From Pedobacter sp. (lineage in GTDB: Bacteria; Desulfobacterota; Desulfuromonadia; Desulfuromonadales; Syntrophotaleaceae): a stretch of 64,000 bases of DNA. Of this stretch, positions 29,372 through 38,737 are shown piece by piece; the stretch's first letter is position 1; every line of letters begins with the position of its first letter. The notes beneath the pieces were generated by a model that ran no database searches, was not told where the DNA came from, and saw only the letters and a list, made by a program, of their open reading frames with translations. The DNA lies in NCBI GenBank assembly GCA_050253415.1, contig JBFWJC010000001.1:712679-776678 (forward strand). The letters run 5' to 3'. The position numbers and the translations under genes were made by a program.

Positions 29372-30109
29372 TTAGAAAGTAAAGGTCAGGTTAAGGGCCG
29401 CGGCCGATTCGGTGTCGATGAGCTCCTTGGCAGCGCTGCTGATCGGCGACGAGAAGATGACGATCGGGCTGAGGGTCAGCTGGTCGGTCAGGGCGTAATC
29501 AAGGCTGGCGCTCAGTTCGTAGTTATGCCATCCGGAGTAGTCGGCTACGGTGCCATCGGCATGCTGGTTGTAAGAAACCAGGGCGCCGAGATTCAAAGTA
29601 GTGTTGGGGACCCACTGGGTAAGGTCGAAGCTGTGGCTGACGTCAAAGCTGAAGAACAGGCCGTCTTCTTCGGCGCGGTCCCAGTCGTAAGAGATTTTCA
29701 GGTTCGGCGAAAGAAGGGTGTTGAGGGTGACGGTCGCGAACAGTTCGTTGGTGTCTTCCCCTTCGATCATGTACCAGATATCTCCGATCGATACGGAAAT
29801 AAGATCATTCACATCAAAGGCATAGGTCAGGATGACGTCGGTTTCGTTGAGCTCGCCAGCTTTCCAGTTGTCGCCACTGGTCAGCTGCCAGTTGTGCCAG
29901 GTGCTGAGGGTGAAACCGCCGCCGAGGGTCAGGTCCATGCCTGCCTGGATGGTCGGGCGGGAGTCACTCAGGTTAAATCCACGCCACATGTACTTGTCCC
30001 AGATGCCGGCGTAGGCATCGCCTTCAACTTCAATGGACGCCTGGGCCTGGCCGATAAAGCCGGCAGTCATCATAAAGACGGCGAGTAACAACACACTCCA
30101 CTTTTTCAT
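29372..30109 (-). CDS. Outer-membrane beta-barrel / putative porin (TorF-like), copy 1
   Basis: Signal peptide AQA, DKYMWRG, alternating beta strands, C-terminal LTFTF. Confidence 0.8.
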   Translation of the reverse strand: MKKWSVLLLAVFMMTAGFIGQAQASIEVEGDAYAGIWDKYMWRGFNLSDSRPTIQAGMDLTLGGGFTLSTWHNWQLTSGDNWKAGELNETDVILTYAFDVNDLISVSIGDIWYMIEGEDTNELFATVTLNTLLSPNLKISYDWDRAEEDGLFFSFDVSHSFDLTQWVPNTTLNLGALVSYNQHADGTVADYSGWHNYELSASLDYALTDQLTLSPIVIFSSPISSAAKELIDTESAAALNLTFTF

Positions 30110-30703
30110 AGGTTTTTACCTCCATATGGGGATGAAAAAGGGACGGGAGTTCTATCGGGCCACCCGAGGAATTCCTGTCCCACGAAAGCATATGCAAGGG
30201 CCCGGAACCCAAAGGCGCACCGGAAGCCGTTTGTCTTGAATGAAGGAGCGGTCGAGGCCGCAGACAGAGCTGTGCGGCGGCACGGGATGGTGTCGGTAGG
30301 TGGTGGATTGTGAAGCAATAAAGAATCAGGAATCGTGCGAAGCGTGTGTCGTTGGACCGGGGCAGGGCAGAACAACCATGGCAAAAGACGGCGCCAGCCT
30401 GTGTTATCGGCTGTCACCTTGACGTCTTTCCACATGTTCGCCACCAACCTGGTCATAATATACCGTGTCTGAGTAGGAGTGGCCGGCTTCCCACCGGATG
30501 TTCTTTTGCAACTCGAAGCGTTCACAGCAGAACAGGTTTTTAAGGGGTGCCGGTAAACGAAGTTCATCACCGTACTGAGGATAAAATACCTTATCAGGGG
30601 TATGCAGGAGTATCCCCCAACGGAGGGGAATTTAACTCACCAATTGGGGGGATTAAGGCAGGTTAGGGCAGTGAGAAGGGGGCATTCAAGAGGGTTACGG
30701 GGG

Positions 30704-31480
30704 TTACAGGGTCGGGATCGAGAGTACCTCGGCCAGTGCCTGGAGCAACGCCGGAAGATCCTGGAAGCGCGGGCCCGTACCGGAGACATCGGGTCGGCGC
30801 ACCGCGATAACAAGACATTGTTCCATCTGTGCCGCAAGCAGTTTATCCGGAACCCCGCCGGCCTTGCCACTGTCCTTGGTGACCAGAACGCCGATGTGGT
30901 GCTGGCGGATGTGCAAACGATTGCTGTCGACGGAAAACGGTCCCTTCCCCCAGATGATTTCATCGGGGGTCAGACCGGCCTGTTCCACGGCGTGGCGCGA
31001 TTCGGCATGGGGCAGCACCCGGGCCCGCAAGCGGGTGCCGGTCAGGCGTGCTTGTGCCACATAGGGTGCCAGGTGACGCGAACCGGTGGTCAGCAGCACC
31101 GGACGGCCGTCCGCGCAGGCCAGCGCGGCGGCGTGTTCGTGATCTTCGGCCCAGGTGACCGGATAATCGTTGAAATCGGAGGATGGCCGTTCCCAGCGCA
31201 GATAGGGCAGGTCGAGGGCTGCTGCGGCCTGTTGCGCCTGGGTCTGGGCCTGGCTGGCGTATGGATGCGCGGCATCGATGAGAACCCGTACCCCCCACTG
31301 GCGCATCACGTCCGCCATGGCCGTCGCATCGAGACGGCCATGACGGCGCTGCAGGCGCGGATGTTCCGGCAGTGCCAACGGTGCGTCCGTCGCCGTCGAC
31401 ACCAGCACCGGGTGGCCGGTTTCCAGCAGGGCGCTGGCCAGCGGGGCCGTTTCGCTGGTACCTCCGAGCAGCAAAATCAT
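30704..31480 (-). CDS. cbiJ: Cobalt-precorrin-6A reductase
   Basis: LLGGTSE, IDAAHPYA, LLTTGS, GPFS, LVTKDSG. Confidence 0.92.
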   Translation of the reverse strand: MILLLGGTSETAPLASALLETGHPVLVSTATDAPLALPEHPRLQRRHGRLDATAMADVMRQWGVRVLIDAAHPYASQAQTQAQQAAAALDLPYLRWERPSSDFNDYPVTWAEDHEHAAALACADGRPVLLTTGSRHLAPYVAQARLTGTRLRARVLPHAESRHAVEQAGLTPDEIIWGKGPFSVDSNRLHIRQHHIGVLVTKDSGKAGGVPDKLLAAQMEQCLVIAVRRPDVSGTGPRFQDLPALLQALAEVLSIPTL

Positions 31481-32193
31481 AATCGGTAGCCTCGTGGCGT
31501 GATCATCCAGCCGCCCAGTTGAAGAGAAGTACTGTTGCCGATGATGACCGTGCTGCGCATGCCGACGTCGGCTTTCAGCAACTGGCCGAGGGTGGTTAAT
31601 TCGATGCGTTCGTCAGCTTCGCCGATGGCGGTGACAATACCGACCGGCGTAGCGTCGTTGCGGTGGAATTGCATGATTTCGACGGCTTCTTCCAGTTGCA
31701 TAATGCGCTTTTTGCTGCGCGGATTGTACAGCGCAACCACCAGGTCGGCTTCGGCCAGTGCCGTCAGACGGCTGCGGATGGCATCCCAGGGAACCAGCAG
31801 ATCGCTCAGACTGATGCAGGCATAGTCAAGCATCAGCGGGGCGCCGAGGCGCGCCGCCGCCGAATTGGCGGCCGAGATGCCGGGCACGATTTCGATAGGC
31901 ACCTCAAAACCTTCGGCAGCCGCCATCTCCAGGGCCAGACCGGCCATGCCATAGACGCCGGGATCACCCGACGATACCAATGCCACCACGGCCCCCTGTG
32001 CCGCACGTTGCAGCGCCGCCCGGCAACGCTCGGTCTCCTGCATCATGCCCGAAGCGATAAGCTCCTTGCCAGCGGTCAGATCGGCAATGTGGGCCAGATA
32101 CAGGTCGTAGCCTGCGACCACCTGGCTGTCGGCTATGGCCTGCTCGGCGCGGCGGGTGCGATCGAGGCGGTTACCGGGTCCGATGCCGACCAC
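31477..32193 (-). CDS. cbiH: Cobalt-precorrin-3B C17-methyltransferase
   Basis: VGIGPG, VSSGDPGVYGMAG, ISLSDLLVPW, LYNPRS, MITPRGY. Confidence 0.93.
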   Translation of the reverse strand: MVGIGPGNRLDRTRRAEQAIADSQVVAGYDLYLAHIADLTAGKELIASGMMQETERCRAALQRAAQGAVVALVSSGDPGVYGMAGLALEMAAAEGFEVPIEIVPGISAANSAAARLGAPLMLDYACISLSDLLVPWDAIRSRLTALAEADLVVALYNPRSKKRIMQLEEAVEIMQFHRNDATPVGIVTAIGEADERIELTTLGQLLKADVGMRSTVIIGNSTSLQLGGWMITPRGYRL

Positions 32194-32963
32194 GAACAGT
32201 TTTCCCGGGCTATGGCGATGGTGACACTCTTGATGATGGTTTTCGGTAGTATTAATTGGGTCCTCCTTCCTGCCAGCAGGGCGGCCGGTTCGGCCACCGC
32301 CGGCAAGGCGACTTTATCTTCAACAAAAGTGGAATGAGCAAACAAACGGCCGCTGGCGCGGATTTCGGCACCGGAGATCAGCCGCAAAGGAATATCGAGT
32401 CGTTCGGCAGCCTCCAGCAGTCCCGCTTCGTCGGCCTTGAGGTCGGCCGACGCCAGCAGACGTACCTCTTGGGGGCGGTGCCCGACCTGGGCCAGCCCTT
32501 CTGTCACCGCGGCGACAATGGTCTCGGCCGGGGTGCCGCGCCGGCAACCGACACCGACGATGAGATTCTTGGCCGCTTCCGAGGTGGTGGTGATGACCGG
32601 TTCCGCCTCAAGAATGTTGGCGATGCGCAGGGTCAGAGGGTTGGCGCCGCCTTCGTGACCGCACAGCAGGCTGATGGCCCAGCGTCCCAACACATCGACC
32701 ACCACCACTGCCGGATCCTTGAGTTTGTGTTCGACCAGTGGGGCAATGGCCCGAACTACCACGCCGCTTGGCATGATATAGACCAATCCGCGGCAGCGTC
32801 CGAACAGATCGCGGGTGAGATCGGCGACTTTGCTAAACCGGTGGATCTCCGTTGCCCCTTCGACCGAGTCATGCACATAGATCTCGACGTCGCAAAAATG
32901 CGGAGCCAGACTGCGGGCAACGTTCAACCCTTCGGCGGACAGAGAGATCAGCGCGATGCTCAT
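32133..32963 (-). CDS. cbiG: Cobalt-precorrin-5A hydrolase
   Basis: GVVVRAIAP, DPAVVVVD, SLLCGHEGGAN, VITTTS, GVGCRRG, VAEPAAL; ATG 32963. Confidence 0.92.
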   Translation of the reverse strand: MSIALISLSAEGLNVARSLAPHFCDVEIYVHDSVEGATEIHRFSKVADLTRDLFGRCRGLVYIMPSGVVVRAIAPLVEHKLKDPAVVVVDVLGRWAISLLCGHEGGANPLTLRIANILEAEPVITTTSEAAKNLIVGVGCRRGTPAETIVAAVTEGLAQVGHRPQEVRLLASADLKADEAGLLEAAERLDIPLRLISGAEIRASGRLFAHSTFVEDKVALPAVAEPAALLAGRRTQLILPKTIIKSVTIAIARENCSWSASDPVTASIAPAAPSRP

Positions 32964-33718
32964 GACGAACGGCCCTGGCGGTATTCGTGGGTAAACGCAG
33001 CGTCGTACAGTTTGGAGACCGGAATATCCCGCGACAACGCCCAGCCCACCACAATCATGGCCGTCTTGGTAATCCCGGCGGTGTCCGCCTGGGCGCCGAT
33101 ATCCGCCAGCGTGCCGCGCAGCACCAGTTGATCGGGCCAGGAGGCGTGATAGACCACCGCTACCGGGCACTGGCCGCCATAGGGTTCGGCCAGGGTTTTC
33201 GCGACCTCGCCGATTTTGTGAGCCGACAAAAAGATGCACAGGGTGGCGTTGCTTTTGGCCAGTTTCAACAGGTCCTGGTCTTCCGGCATCGGGGTACGCC
33301 CTGCGGTGCGGGTCAAAATGATGGTCTGGGAAATCTCCGGCGCGGTGAGTTCGGTACACAGCGCAGCCGCTGCAGCCTGAAACGAACTTACCCCCGGCAC
33401 CACTTCGTAGCCGATGCCGAACCTGTCGAGTTCGTTCATCTGCTCGCGGATCGCGCCGTAAATGGATGGATCGCCGGAGTGCAGTCGGACCACGTCCAGG
33501 TCACGCTGCTGGGCGGCCTGAAACATCACGGTGATTTCGTCCAGACTCATAAGCGCCGAGTCGTAGCGCTCGGCATCGGCGGGCAGGTGATCGAGTACCG
33601 CGGGGTTGATCAGCGAGCCGGCATAGATGCAGATCGGGCAGTTGCTCAGCAGGCGTTTTGCCTTGAGGGTGAGGAGTTCTGGGTCGCCGGGGCCGGCGCC
33701 GATAAAATAGACTTTCAT
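32960..33718 (-). CDS. cbiF: Cobalt-precorrin-4 C11-methyltransferase
   Basis: MKVYFIGAGPGDPELLT, YAGSL, RLHSGDPSIYGAIREQ, ASWPD, SKLYD. Confidence 0.95.
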   Translation of the reverse strand: MKVYFIGAGPGDPELLTLKAKRLLSNCPICIYAGSLINPAVLDHLPADAERYDSALMSLDEITVMFQAAQQRDLDVVRLHSGDPSIYGAIREQMNELDRFGIGYEVVPGVSSFQAAAAALCTELTAPEISQTIILTRTAGRTPMPEDQDLLKLAKSNATLCIFLSAHKIGEVAKTLAEPYGGQCPVAVVYHASWPDQLVLRGTLADIGAQADTAGITKTAMIVVGWALSRDIPVSKLYDAAFTHEYRQGRSS

Positions 33719-33809
33719 ATAGTTTATCTCCTTGCAGGGATGTGTGATCGAATACCGAGTACCGATAGCTGTAGGCTTTATGCTGTAAGCTGAGTTCAAA
33801 ATCTGCTAC

Positions 33810-34338
33810 TTCAAGTTCGCCGGTCCCGGCCGGCAGCCGGGATACTTTCTTTGCAAGGCCCCAAAGAAAGTATCCAAAGAAATGGCCTTGGCGTGCGCCT
33901 ACCCCACTGGTGCGAAGAGGAGATGGCTTTGCGAACCGGCCATGCGATCCCGGAACAACACGTCTGCGGGCGCTCCACTTGCCACCAGGGGCGGTCCGCC
34001 ACCGGTGAAGGAGGATCTATTCAACACCGGCGCTGCGGGTAAAGGCACACCGACAACCCGGCATTAAAGATTTGGGAGCAGGTTTTGTCTATGCTTTTCA
34101 CCCAATAGCACCTTGACGCCAGCCTCGCAAGGGGAGCAACGTCCATCTCTGGCAAGTAATTCGCGCAAGAGAAACAGTTCCAAGAAACCAGCGGGATGAC
34201 CAATCGGTGCCACCGTTGTGAAATCCGCTGTCCTTCGCGACAACATCGCCCCCCGCAGGGGAAAGCCATTTTTTGCTTACTTTTTGTTGGCGTGAAAAAA
34301 AGTAAGGCGCCGGGCGGGGGCGCCACCCCGCGGTCTTG
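33810..34338 (-). repeat. Structured intergenic repeat element, type A (full copy)
   Basis: Shares both ends (CAAGACCGCGGGG... and ...CCGGCTGCCGGCCGGGACCGGCGAACTTGAA) and the interior with the other type A copies. Confidence 0.9.
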
Positions 34339-34377
34339 AAGTCCGGGCGAGTACCGTGTGCTGCGAAAACAAATACT

Positions 34378-35022
34378 TCACCCTTCCAACACTTCCGGTC
34401 GCACCAACAGCACCACCGTGCGGGGACTGGCCTCTAACCCGGCCAAATCGTCAGCCATGACTTCCGTTACCCTTTCTTCGGGCAGGGTAAGCTCCTCGCA
34501 CACCAGAATGCGGCGCGGTGCCAGTTGCGCGGCCAATGCGCCGATCCAGCGCAGGGCGGTGGACGATCCCGCCAACACGGCGATCTTGTCCGCCGGTGCG
34601 AAATCCTGAATATCGTTGTCCGGCAGGGCACCGTGGGCACTGAGGATGCGCGCATCCATCCAGTCGAGTCCGGCGGCGGCGAAGGCGGCCTGTACGGAAC
34701 TGACCGCGGGGATGATACGGCACAGGGCGCGGCCGAAATGGCGCACCACCGGGCGGGCCAGGCTGTGCAGCCCGGGGTCGCCGGTGACCAGCACCACCAT
34801 GGGCGTCTTTCCGATACGGCTGTCCATCTCGTTCAGGGCGGCCGCGATATCGGCTCCGACGGCAATCCGTTCGGCTTTCGCATCCGGGAAAAGCTCCAGC
34901 AAACGGCTCGCCCCGATCAAAAGCTCCGCCTGGTCCACGGCATGCCGGGCTGCATCGGTAAGATAGGCGAGGCCGCCGGGGCCGCAGCCGACGATAGTGA
35001 TGGGCCTGTCTGTTACTGCCAT
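34378..35022 (-). CDS. cbiE: Cobalt-precorrin-7 C5-methyltransferase (stand-alone CbiE)
   Basis: IVGCGPG, LVTGDPG, IPAVSSVQAAFA, LSAHG, EELTLPEER; ATG 35022; no fused CbiT domain. Confidence 0.88.
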   Translation of the reverse strand: MAVTDRPITIVGCGPGGLAYLTDAARHAVDQAELLIGASRLLELFPDAKAERIAVGADIAAALNEMDSRIGKTPMVVLVTGDPGLHSLARPVVRHFGRALCRIIPAVSSVQAAFAAAGLDWMDARILSAHGALPDNDIQDFAPADKIAVLAGSSTALRWIGALAAQLAPRRILVCEELTLPEERVTEVMADDLAGLEASPRTVVLLVRPEVLEG

Positions 35023-36065
35023 GGGGTCAGATCTCCACTGAAGCCAAGCTGGTCGCCGGCCAGGTTGATGAGTACCGTGGTTACCGGTGCATGATAATTG
35101 AGTCGGTGGCTGATCGCGATCTGTATGGCACGCGCCAGGGCATCGCCGAGGCATCTGCGGTGTTCGGGGGAAAGTTCGGCAAACACCCCTTCCACCGTGG
35201 TTGCTTCGGCTACCGGATGTTCTAGTACTCGGCTGGCAAGTTTCCTTACAGAGAGGACCGGACTGATCGAGCGGCTTGAATGGGTATCCCAGTGACCCAT
35301 GGGCAACTTGGCCAATTTCCCCGGATGCCCCAGTACCAGCAACCCGTCGATGGGCCTGTGGGTCACCAGGTCGATCATGGTGCCCCATTCGTTTCCCGCT
35401 TCCACGACCTGCTCGGCGGTCAACTGAAAATGTCGGCGTGCGGCCCGTTCGCCGATATGTCCCGGCACCAGCACCGGATGGCGCACGCCGGCGGCCATGG
35501 CAACATTGTAGGCGCACTCCATGGTCTTGCGGACCGCCTCAAGGCTGAACGGACGCACCCTGCCGGTGGTGCCGAGCACCGAGATTCCGCCGACGATGCC
35601 GAGGCGGGGATTGAAGGTGCGTGCCGCCAACTCTTCGCCGGTTGGAATGGCGACAGTAATGCGCAGACCGCGTTCGGTCACTTCGCGCACGGCCGCTTCG
35701 ATCATGCGGCGAGGACCTGGATTGATGGCCGCTTCGCCGGGGGGCAGGGCCAAGCCCGGTTTGGTGACGATGCCGACTCCTTTGCCGGCGCAGAACCGTA
35801 GCTCCCCATCCATCCATGAAAGGCGTGAGATGACAAGGGCGCCGTCGGTGACATCGGGATCGTCCCCGGCATTTTTGCAGACGGCCGCCTCGGCGCCGTC
35901 AGGCAGGGCGCGGACATACGCCAGCGGTAACGATTCCCGTGATCCGTCCGGTAAGGGAATGGAGACCGCCTCACCGACTGGAAATCCGCACAGCAGGCAG
36001 GCTGCAGCTTTGGCCGCCGCCGCCGCGCAGGCGCCGGTGGTAAATCCTCCCTGCAAACCGCCCAT
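35013..36065 (-). CDS. cbiD: Cobalt-precorrin-5B C1-methyltransferase
   Basis: GFTTGACAAAAAKAA, KNAGDDPDVTDG, AINPGPR, TFNPRLGIVGGISVLGTTG, GHPGKLAK. Confidence 0.95.
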   Translation of the reverse strand: MGGLQGGFTTGACAAAAAKAAACLLCGFPVGEAVSIPLPDGSRESLPLAYVRALPDGAEAAVCKNAGDDPDVTDGALVISRLSWMDGELRFCAGKGVGIVTKPGLALPPGEAAINPGPRRMIEAAVREVTERGLRITVAIPTGEELAARTFNPRLGIVGGISVLGTTGRVRPFSLEAVRKTMECAYNVAMAAGVRHPVLVPGHIGERAARRHFQLTAEQVVEAGNEWGTMIDLVTHRPIDGLLVLGHPGKLAKLPMGHWDTHSSRSISPVLSVRKLASRVLEHPVAEATTVEGVFAELSPEHRRCLGDALARAIQIAISHRLNYHAPVTTVLINLAGDQLGFSGDLTPWQ

Positions 36066-36067
36066 GG

Positions 36068-36838
36068 TCAGGCAACCTCCTCGGAAGCGGGATTCTGTTC
36101 CCAGGAGCGGCTCCCAACACGGACGATAACTGTCGACATGTAGCCATGACTGTCGTCGGTAAGAGCCTCGCGGAAATTGCGGAAGATGGCCTCGCGGCCG
36201 TTTTGTTCCACATAGCAGGCCAGTCGGGCCTGATCGAGTAACCGGTGTTCTTCCAGGAGTACAGCCAGTTGCCGCAAGCGTGGTCCGACTTTGTAAAGGA
36301 CCAGTGTTTCGCAATGTTTAAGGGCATGAGCAATGGCCACCATATCGGTGGCGGGCATCATGGTCAGGCGGTCTTCCTGCAGGGTCAGCGGTTCGACCAG
36401 CAGGGCCGCGGTTGCCTGGAAGGCACTGATGCCGGGTACGACATGGATGTGTCCGGACGGCAGCAGGTCGGTCAGACTTTCGATCAGGTAGGAACTGGTG
36501 CTGTAGATCATCGGGTCACCGATGGTGACCTGCACCACGGACAAGCCGGCGCTGACTCGCGTCGCCACTTCTGCCGCCACTTCCGCCCAGCAGGCCCGCG
36601 TCTGGGCCGAGTCGCGTTTCATCGGGTAAACGTGTTCGATAACTTCCTGCTCGCCGATCAGATCGCGGATGGTGACCAGGGCCAGGCTTTCGCCGGCCAG
36701 TTCCGAGCGCGGCACGATCACCGTGTCGGCGGATTGGATAAGATTCGCGGCTCGCAGGGTGATCAGGTCGGGGGATCCGGGGCCGACTCCGACGGCGTAG
36801 AAGTGGCCGGGTTGACAGTTTTTTAGTTTTATATTCAT
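36068..36838 (-). CDS. cbiL: Cobalt-precorrin-2 C20-methyltransferase
   Basis: GVGPGSPDLITLRA, YPM, TIGDPMIYST, VLYK, YMSTVIV. Confidence 0.92.
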   Translation of the reverse strand: MNIKLKNCQPGHFYAVGVGPGSPDLITLRAANLIQSADTVIVPRSELAGESLALVTIRDLIGEQEVIEHVYPMKRDSAQTRACWAEVAAEVATRVSAGLSVVQVTIGDPMIYSTSSYLIESLTDLLPSGHIHVVPGISAFQATAALLVEPLTLQEDRLTMMPATDMVAIAHALKHCETLVLYKVGPRLRQLAVLLEEHRLLDQARLACYVEQNGREAIFRNFREALTDDSHGYMSTVIVRVGSRSWEQNPASEEVA

Positions 36839-36938
36839 GGACTTACTCCTTGGAAAGGTGTTCGGCGAGCGGTGATATGTCATCCGAAACCTGAAATTCT
36901 TGCATTAATCTTTGAACTTCACTTCAAACTATCAACTA

Positions 36939-37530
36939 CAAGACCGCGGGGTTGCGCCCCCGCCCGGCGCCTTACTTTTTGTCCAAGCCAACAAAAAGTA
37001 AGCAAAAAATGGCTTTCCCCTGCGGGGGGCAATGTGGTCGCGAAAAGTGGCGGATCCCAAAACGATGGCGTCAACCCATCGTGCCACTGGTTTCTTGGTA
37101 CTGTTTCTTTTACGCAGGTTACTGAATCAAGAGGACAGTTGCTCCTCTTGCGAAACGGGCAGCAAGGTGTTGTTGAGTGAAAAGCTTAAGCAAAACCTGA
37201 ACCCAAATCTTTGCAGAGCCGGATCTCGGTGTGCCTTTACCCGCAGCGACGGTGTTGAAAAGATCCTCCTTCACCGGTGGTAAATCACCTCTGGTGGCAA
37301 GTGGAGCGCCCGCAGACGCGCCATTCCTGGATCGCAGCGAGTGTGCGTTGAGCCTGATTCCTCCGCGCCAGTGGTGTCGGCGCAGCCAAGGCCATTTCTT
37401 TGGATACTTTCTTTGGGGCCTTGCAAAGAAAGTATCCCGGCTGCCGGCCGGGACCGGCGAACTTGAAGTTAAGGTTTCAAGACTTCCGACAACCAAACAC
37501 CAACTTCAACACCGCGGGGTCGCGTCTCCC
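36939..37530 (+). repeat. Type A repeat (full copy to ~37467) plus linker and the start of a second copy
   Basis: Same sequence as the other type A copies, opposite orientation to 33810-34338. Confidence 0.9.
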
Positions 37531-37536
37531 TAGCCT

Positions 37537-38733
37537 CTACCAGACCACGATCATCACCCAAGTACAGAACAGCACGAAACAAACCCTTAACACCTGCGCA
37601 CTGACAGCCATCACCAGGCCGGGTCGTGCGCCGAGGGTGGCCAGGTAGGTGGGCAGGGCGTGGCGCAGGGTACGAATCGGGGCGGTGATGACCGAACCGA
37701 GCAGGATCACGGTGACGGCCTGTTTGATGGACAGGCTGCCGGCATCGACGAAGTTGGCTGCCGCGATGGCGCCGTTATACATATTGACCGCCTGGGCCGG
37801 GATAATGGCTACCGCCTGCGGTGGCAAGAAAGCGGGTTTGAACACACTGGGCAGCCACACCGCCAGGTATTCGAAAACCTTGCATTGTTCCAGCAGCGCC
37901 ATGGCCGCGAAGGTCGGTACCACGTACAGCAGCAGGCGCCGGATGGTGCGCCGGGATCGCTTCCATACCCGTTTCCAGAAATCCACACTGGCAAAAGCCG
38001 GTCGTTGCAGTGTTTTGCCGTTATCGGCAACGGCCTGGCCAGGGACATTGAAACCGGCCCGGTCTTCATTCCACCGCTGGCTGAGCCAGCTGGAAACCAT
38101 CAGCACCAGCACGATTTCCAGGCCGATGGCGGCCAGTCTTACCCCGAACAGGGCACCGGTAGCCATCCAGCCGAAAGCGAAACCCAGTGGCACGATAAAG
38201 GTCGGCAGATGGGCAAACAGCGAGATGCAGGACACCACCAGTACGGAGGTATAGAGATGGCGGTTGTTAATAACCCCCTCGTCGCGGTACGAGACCAGCA
38301 TGCTGTTGGCTACCGCACCCGATTGAAAGGCCATGATAAAGGCCGGAGCTGCCGCGCGGGGCAGGCGTCCCAGTCGGATCAGCGGCCAGGCCAGCACCGA
38401 TAAAGCACTTATCCAGCCAGCCACCTCCAGAATCTGACCGATGAGGATACCTGCGGCAATGATAAAGCCCAGTTCCACCAGCAATACCGCTTTTTGCGGC
38501 CAGAAAGGGAGTTTGCGTTTCCAGCTGCTGTAGGCGGAAGGCCGGGATCTTTCTTGGCGGCGTGCCTGCTCCAGAGCGCGGCCCCGTTCCCCTTCGGCCC
38601 GGATTTTGCCAGGTTTTGACGTAGCGACTTCGGTGGTGGCTGAATGTTCCATGGCTGCAACAGGACAGACGTGTCCCATTGATCCCAACCCGAGAGTCAG
38701 CAAGACCAGCAGCAATAGCAGGGTGCGTCGCAT
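37537..38733 (-). CDS. Nucleoside-recognition (Gate) domain membrane protein; possible cobalt/corrinoid transporter
   Basis: Multi-TM; PLIRLGRLP..AAPAFIMAFQSGAVANSML and FAHLP motifs; located inside the cob operon. Confidence 0.7.
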   Translation of the reverse strand: MRRTLLLLLVLLTLGLGSMGHVCPVAAMEHSATTEVATSKPGKIRAEGERGRALEQARRQERSRPSAYSSWKRKLPFWPQKAVLLVELGFIIAAGILIGQILEVAGWISALSVLAWPLIRLGRLPRAAAPAFIMAFQSGAVANSMLVSYRDEGVINNRHLYTSVLVVSCISLFAHLPTFIVPLGFAFGWMATGALFGVRLAAIGLEIVLVLMVSSWLSQRWNEDRAGFNVPGQAVADNGKTLQRPAFASVDFWKRVWKRSRRTIRRLLLYVVPTFAAMALLEQCKVFEYLAVWLPSVFKPAFLPPQAVAIIPAQAVNMYNGAIAAANFVDAGSLSIKQAVTVILLGSVITAPIRTLRHALPTYLATLGARPGLVMAVSAQVLRVCFVLFCTWVMIVVW

Positions 38734-38737
38734 ACGT

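Noticed and set aside
30106..30570. 154-aa ORF upstream of porin copy 1
   Set aside because: No motifs or RBS and no counterpart in module 2; probably a regulatory region.
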